In this document: positions 57,470 through 64,000 of the stretch, piece by piece
How positions within the stretch are numbered: the first letter of the stretch is position 1
Layout: each line of letters starts with the position of its first letter
Assembly: GCA_002269645.1 (NCBI GenBank)
Contig: NIVC01001087.1
Location: 186,001-250,000 of the forward strand
Direction: 5' to 3'
DNA from: Macrostomum lignano
Taxonomy: Eukaryota
DNA: 64,000 bases
Position numbers and translations under genes: made by a program
Notes under the pieces: generated by a model
The model's database searches: none
What the model saw: the letters and a program-made list of their open reading frames with translations, nothing else
Told to the model about the DNA's origin: nothing

Positions 57470-58130
57470 CCGATGTCACTGTCATTCCAGTGCCATTCTG
57501 TTGTCACACTTGTACTTTACTATTAGTCAAGTTTCACTCCAACGTCTCTATTGTCACTCTATGGTCACTCCAGTGTCATTCTATGGTCACTCAAGTATCA
57601 CTCTACGGTCACTCCAGTGTCACTCTACGGTCACTCCAGTGTCACTCTACGGTCACTCCAGTATCACTATACGGTCACTCTAGTGTCACTTTATGGTCAC
57701 TCCAGTGCCACTCTATGGTCACTAAAAGTGTCACTCTATGATCACTCAAGTGTCACTCATGGTCAATCTAGTGTCACTCTATGATCACTCAAGTGTCACT
57801 CATGGTCAATCTAGTGTCACTCTATGGTCACTCCAGTGTCAAACAGATGTCATTCCAGTGTCAAACAGATGTCACTCTAGTGTCAAACAGATGTCACTCC
57901 AGTGTCAAACAGATGTCACTCTAGTGTCACTCTATGGTCATTCCAGTGTCACTCTATGGTCACTCCAGTGTCAAACAGATGTCACTCCAGTGTCAAACAG
58001 ATGTCACTCCAGTGTCAAACAGATGTCACTCCAGTGTCACTCTATGGTCATTCCAGTGTCACTCTATGGTCATTCCAGTGTCACTCTATGGTCACTCCAG
58101 TGCCACTCTATGGTCACTCCACTATCACCC
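57470..58130. repeat. 22-bp minisatellite (GTCACTCTATGGTCACTCCAGT / GTCAAACAGATGTCACTCCAGT) in the probable TTC13 3' UTR region
   Basis: Lies between the TTC13 stop (58152) and a minus-strand AATAAA at 57379-57384. Confidence 0.92.
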
Positions 58131-58151
58131 CAGTTTCACTCCCCACATGCA

Positions 58152-61100
58152 TCAGGCAGCCGGGCAGTCGGCAGAGGCGCCCGCCCCGATCATCTCCAGC
58201 ACGGATCGCAGGGTGGGCAGCGCAGCGGTGACGCTCAGGCAGTCGGCACCGGCACCAACAGACTTGGCCAAAGCCACGGGTTTCAGCCACTGCCTGGTGA
58301 CCAGAGCGAAAGCATCCGGCGTGCCGGCCAGCACGGGTTCGAGTTCCAGCGACTTGCCCGGAGGCGGCCGGCCACCAACGCCGATGTTGCTGGCCAACAG
58401 GAGGCCAACGGCGACGGCGAAAGCGGCGGGGCCGCTGCGATGCGACAGCGGCATAGCGTTGGTCAGATAGTACAGCAGGGTGAGCACGCGGCTTACCGCC
58501 TGCTCGCTCACCTGCGGTGCCGGCGGGGGGTTAGTGGAGGGAATGAATGCATGCCTACCCAGCATCCTACAGCATGCCTACCCAGCATCCTACAGCATGC
58601 CTACCCAGCATCCTACAGCATACAGCCCAACATCCTACAGCACACAGCCCAGAATCCTACAGCAACATCCTAAAGCACACAGCCCAGAATCCTACAGCAA
58701 CATCCTAAAGCACACAGCCCAGAATCCTACAGCAACATCCTACAGCACACAGCCCAGAATCCTACAGCAACATCCTACAGCACACAGCCCAGAATCCTAC
58801 AGCAACATCCTACAGCACACAGCCCAGCATCCTACAGCATACAGCCCAACATCCTACAGCACACAGCCCAGCATCCTACAGCATACAGCCCAACATCCTA
58901 CAGCACACAGCCCAGCATCCTACAGCATACAGCCCAACATCCTACAGCACACAGCCCAGAATCCTACAGCAACATCCTACAGCACACAGCCCAGAATCCT
59001 ACAGCAACATCCTACAGCACACAGCCCAGAATCCTACAGCAACATCCTACAGCACACAGCCCAGAATCCTACAGCAACATCCTACAGCACACAGCCCAGA
59101 ATCCTACAGCAACATCCTACAGCACACAGCCCAGAATCCTACAGCAACATCCTAAAGCACACAGCCCAGAATCCTACAGCAACATCCTACAGCACACAGC
59201 CCAGAATCCTACAGCAACATCCTACAGCACACAGCCCAGAATCCTACAGCAACATCCTACAGCACACAGCCCAGCATCCTACAGCATACAGCCCAACATC
59301 CTACAGCACACAGCCCAGCATCCTACAGCATACAGCCCAACATCCTACAGCACACAGCCCAGAATCCTACAGCAACATCCTACAGCACACAGCCCAGAAT
59401 CCTACAGCAACATCCTACAGCACACAGCCCAGAATCCTACAGCAACATCCTACAGCACACAGCCCAGAATCCTACAGCAACATCCTACAGCACACAGCCC
59501 AGAATCCTACAGCAACATCCTACAGCACACAGCCCAGAATCCTACAGCAACATCCTACAGCACACAGCCCAGAATCCTACAGCAACATCCTACAGCACAC
59601 AGCCCAGAATCCTACAGCAACATCCTACAGCACACAGCCCAGAATCCTACAGCAACATCCTACAGCACACAGCCCAGAATCCTACAGCAACATCCTACAG
59701 CACACAGCCCAGAATCCTACAGCAACATCCTACAGCACACAGCCCAGAATCCTACAGCAACATCCTACAGCACACAGCCCAGAATCCTACAGCAACATCC
59801 TACAGCACACAGCCCAGAATCGCACCTGATCAGGCCCTGGATTAGCCAGCCTGCCAGCTCGCATATCCCCTAGCAACTCGCTGAGCAGGTGATCCAATTC
59901 GTCCCTATACGAACGCAGCCGCAACGTTCTCAGCCGAATTCGAACGCCAAGAGAACACGAGCCGCCAACTTTGGCGTCCTCTGTCAGGTAGATGTAGGCG
60001 CCCTCGTGCCGCATTTGGTCGCGATATTTGGTGCTGGGCACCTGGGTGCCAACCACCAGGCCTCTGTCCTCGTCTCGATAGGTCCTGCGGCGCTTGGCGA
60101 TGGCCAGGACCTGCGAGTAGGTGGCGGGGGTTTTATAAAAGTCTACCAAAAAACCTACTTAAGAGTCTACCGAATAGCCTACTTTAGAGTCTACCGAATA
60201 GCCTACTTTAGAGTCTACCGAATAGCCTACTTTAGAGTCTACCGAATAGCCTACTTAAGAGTCTACCGAATAGCCTACTTTAGAGTCTACTGAATAGCCT
60301 ACTTTAGAGTCCACCGAATAGCCTAATTCAGAATAGCCAATCAGAGTTATTACCAAATAACCTATCAGACTCTACCAAAGAAGCTACCAGTTTACTAAAT
60401 AACTTACCACAGACAGACTCTACCAAAGATGCTACTAATCTACCAAATAACCTACCAGAGTCTACCAAATAGCCTACCAGAGTCTACCAAAAAGCCTATT
60501 AGTCTATCAGATAGCCTACCAGACTCTACTAAATAGCCTACCAGAGTCTACCAAACAGCCTACCAATCTATCAGATAGCCTATCAGAGTCTATCAAATAG
60601 CCTACCAGAGACAAGCGGACAACTCACCTGCCCCAGAGTTTGAGCAGTATCAAACTCGCGCTTCTCATCTTGACTACCAGCAGACCCCGGCCCCCTGCTG
60701 TGCTCAGTCATAGTCTTGGCCAACTGAAACACCAAATTAAAGTAGGCTTGCAGCGGCGGATTAGGCACGCCCCTGTGTACAATAGCGTGGTTAAACTGCA
60801 GATCCGGTGCATTGCTATTGGCTGTTGGCGATGGCTCAGATTTTGGCAGCAACGTGTGAACCAACTGTACAGGCTTGGTCAGGTCAGCCAGTTGAATGTA
60901 CTTTGCGGCCAAGTCAATTAAGGACAGCCAGCCAATATTATTGTGATTATAGCGATCGTGAGTTGCATTATACACCAGCTGACCGATATGTACAGCTGCC
61001 AGGCCAAGCGCAAACGTCACCCTCTCATTATTGACAGCTCCGTCTGTGTCTGTGCGAAATGACTGGCCAACTCGTTTAGCTAAGCAGATCAATTCTTGTT

Positions 61101-64000
61101 GGCGAAAGTTATAAGCGGTTAAGTCTGGCACTGTGACATCTCTGTGGGAAATTTCCATAATTAGCAATGTACTTTAGTATCGGTTTCTTCACTATGGAAA
61201 CTTCCATAGACATTAGCAATGTACTTTAGTATCGCTTTCTGAACTGTGGAAACTTCCATAGACATTAGCAATGTACTTTAGTATCGGTTTCTTTACTATG
61301 GAAAATTCCATAGACATTAGCAATGTACTTTAGTACGCTCGTATCGCTTTCTGAACTGTGGAAATTTCCATAGACATTAGCAATGTACTTTAGTATCGGT
61401 TTCTTCACTATGGAAACTTCCATAGACATTAGCAATGTACTTTAGTATCGCTTTCTGAACTGTGGAAACTTCCATAGACATTAGCAATGTATTTTGGTAT
61501 CGGTTTCTTTACTATGGAAACTTCCATAGACATTAGCAATGTACTTTAGTATCAGTTTCTTTACTATGGAAACTTCCATAGACATTAGCAATGTACTTTA
61601 GTATCGCTTTCTGAACTGTGGAAATTTCCATAGACATTCTATTTTACGTTTCTCAATCTTAACAAACAATAAAAAATCAATAAATAAAAACTCACTCTTG
61701 ACTTGGCTGCAGGCCAGACTCTTCTCGATAGACTTTCTAAAAATATTATTCAAAAAGAAATTAAAATTTCTGAGAGCTCTGCAGACAGACTTGAACTGTT
61801 GAATTGAAGTTTTGTACACAGAAAAGATCCTAGGTTCGAATCCCAGAGATATGTAATGAATGAGCTCACCGATTCAAGCAGCGACTTTCCAAGAATCCAT
61901 CTGACCCGAAAATCTTTCTGCAAGTCGGTAGTGAAGTTCAACAATCCCCAGTTGGTGTCCAACCGGCCGCGAAGAAACCTGCCCCATTCGCGCAGGTAGT
62001 GACTGCGCAAGAACTCTGGCGAGGCTGCGGTGGCGGCCAGCGAGCCCTGCACCATGATCGCCGTCGAGGCGCGGATGCTTTCGTAGAATTGGCCCAGATT
62101 GGCGAGGGCGGCGGCGCGCCGGAACAGACAGACGGGGCAGGTGGGGTGAAGCGCCAGGCAGCGATCTGTGTAGTTCAGCGTCTGGCGGCACCGACCCGCC
62201 GAGTAGTGCGACATGGCCGCGAGCTTGCTGGCAGCGTAGGTCTGCGAGGTTGTTGGAGACAGTGAGCACACACAGAGAACTTTAATCCCCCATAGAGAAC
62301 GACAATCCCCCATTGAGAACCTTAATCCCCATTGAGAACCTTAATCCCCCATAGAGAACCTTAATCCCCCATAGAGAACCTTAATCCCCCATAGAGAACC
62401 TTAATCCCCATTGAGAACCTTAATCCCCCATAGAGAACCTTAATCCCTTACATAGAGCCTTAATCCCCCACAGATAACCTTAATCCTCACAGAGAACCTT
62501 AATCCCCATAGAAAACGATAATTCTGCACAGAGAAGCTCAATCCCGTCAAAGAGAATCTTAAAGAGTCAAAGACAGCATGGCCACACCTGATCAGGCCGC
62601 ACCCCGCCAGCACTGTCAGCAGGCGATAGCAGCGGCGTCAGCAGCTGTACAACCCGCTGACCGGCGCCCAGCACCCGATGGCAGTCGGCCATGCGCAGTC
62701 GAGCGTCCACCAGGTCGGGCGCCTCCTCCAGCGCCTCTTTGTAGGTCTCGGCAGCGTTGCGCAGGCGGCCCAATCGGGTGTAGGCCGCGCCCAGCACCAG
62801 CAGCAGGTGAGGGTCGCGGCCGTGCAGACGGACCGCCGATTTTGCGTCCTGGGCGGATGGAGACCGTCCGATTGTTGCTACCGGCTTCATCACTAAACCT
62901 GCACAGCCATCTTTTCCTTTTTTACCTATGCATCTCCTAGGTACAGAATATCTAACCCTAACTTATCAGTTTCAACCTTTCCCATCTCATCCTCTCACCC
63001 TCTCCTTCCCCCAATCTCTCTCACTCTCTCCTTCCCCCACTCTCTCTCACTCTCTCCTTCTCCCACTCTCACTCTCTCCTTCCCCCACTCTCACTCTCTC
63101 CTTCCCCCACTCTCACCCTCTCCTTCCCCCACTCTCACCCTCTCCTTCCCCCACTCTCACTCTCTCCTTCCCCCACTCTCACCCTCTCCTTCCCCCACTC
63201 TCACCCTCTCCTTCCCCCCACTCTCACTCTCTCCTTCCCCCACTCTCTCCTTCCCCCACTCTCTCTCACCCTCTCCTTCCCCACTCTCACCCTCTCCTTC
63301 CCCCACTCTCACTCTCTCCTTCCCCACTCTCTCTCACCCTCTCCTTCCCCCACTCTCACCCTCTCCTTCCTCCACTCTCACCCTCTCCTTCCCCCACTCT
63401 CTCTCACCCTCTCCTTCCCCACTCTCACCCTCTCCTTCCCCCACTCTCACACTCTGCTTCCCCCACTCTCTCCTTCCCCCACTCTCACACTCTCCTTCCC
63501 CCACTCTCTCTCACCCTCTCCTTCCCCCACTCTCTCTCACCCTCTCCTTCCCCCCACTCTCACTCTCTCCTTCCCCCACTCTCTCTCACCCTCTCCTTCC
63601 CCCACTCTCACCCTCTCCTTCCCCCACTCTCACCCTCTCCTTCCCCACTCTCTCTCACCCTCTCCTTCCCCACTCTCACCCTCTCCTTCCCCCACTCTCA
63701 CACTCTGCTTCCCCCACTCTCTCCTTCCCCCACTCTCACACTCTCCTTCCCCCACTCTCTCTCACCCTCTCCTTCCCCCACTCTCTCTCACCCTCTCCTT
63801 CCCCCACTCTCTCTCACTCTCTTCTTCCCCCACTCTCACCCTCTTCTTCCCTCTCTTTCTAAACATCTCCTTCCCTCTCTCCTTCCAAAGGTGCAAGCAT
63901 AAATGAAATACCTGAAAAGCTGCCTCGCTTTCGCCCAGAGCAAAATTAACGAGACACCGCTGCAGAACCAGTTGCCAGGCGGTCCGGTTCATATTAATAG
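58152..64000 (-). CDS. TTC13: Tetratricopeptide repeat protein 13 (TTC13), 3' seven exons; 5' part lies beyond the window
   Basis: Exons (minus strand): 63912-64000 (partial), 62588-62848, 61870-62241, 61696-61736 (41-nt mini-exon), 60628-61141, 59826-60110, 58152-58511. All GT-AG and phase-consistent. TPR motifs plus segments matching TTC13 as I recall it: [10 protein letters not shown]...[27 protein letters not shown]...DV...[23 protein letters not shown], and [10 protein letters not shown]. Confidence 0.92.
58550..59820. repeat. 35-bp minisatellite filling the last TTC13 intron
   Basis: Unit ATCCTACAGCAACATCCTACAGCACACAGCCCAGA; source of the spurious 449-aa ORF. Confidence 0.97.
60150..60600. 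repeat. 24-bp minisatellite (GAGTCTACCGAATAGCCTACTTTA), degenerating rightwards, TTC13 intron
   Basis: Direct inspection. Confidence 0.9.
61142..61635. repeat. 52-bp minisatellite with an internal inverted repeat (ATGGAA-NN-TTCCAT), TTC13 intron
   Basis: About 9 copies; the first unit overlaps the splice acceptor. Confidence 0.93.
62270..62540. repeat. 20-bp minisatellite (AGAGAACCTTAATCCCCCAT), TTC13 intron
   Basis: Direct inspection. Confidence 0.92.
62990..63845. repeat. 20-22-bp CT-only minisatellite (CTCTCACCCTCTCCTTCCCCCA), TTC13 intron
   Basis: Direct inspection; polypyrimidine/polypurine tract. Confidence 0.95.

Noticed and set aside
58480-59829. 449-aa QHPTAHSP-repeat ORF
   Set aside because: Antisense translation of the 35-bp array in the last TTC13 intron.
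59826-62596. Two TTC13 exons both end in CCTGATCAG before the donor
   Set aside because: A 9-nt match that includes the consensus CAG, with unrelated flanks; best explained as coincidence.

Overview
This is eukaryotic (metazoan) genomic DNA with spliced genes, polyQ/polyA-rich exons and introns filled with minisatellites. The style is most like the flatworm Macrostomum lignano; that is an inference from sequence style, not a database match. Gene models were rebuilt by hand from splice sites and reading phase: PCYT2 (-, 10 exons, 517-9524); an intronless 954-aa low-complexity orphan (+, 21066-23930); syntaxin-6 (-, 2 exons); CSPP1 (+, 8 exons, 35220-44423); an ankyrin-repeat gene (-, about 46.5-50.7 kb); and TTC13 (-, from 58152 to the window end, 5' part missing). 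A 3-exon GPI-anchored Ly6/uPAR-type gene that the ORF track misses is nested antisense in the ankyrin gene's first intron. A weaker chain of small exons at 25.6-27.1 kb may encode a ~50-aa secreted peptide. Mobile DNA includes a ~3-kb non-autonomous Helitron-like family (3 full copies, two head-to-tail, plus 2 fragments), a 3.3-kb TIR element with a 9-bp TSD (Mutator-like), Harbinger-like and hAT-like MITEs, and a tRNA-derived SINE. Of 22 introns of 300 nt or more, 20 carry a tandem array, almost always with a different unit. One 28-bp minisatellite recurs at four separate loci with shared sub-variants. Most long ORFs in the supplied track are artefacts of these repeats.
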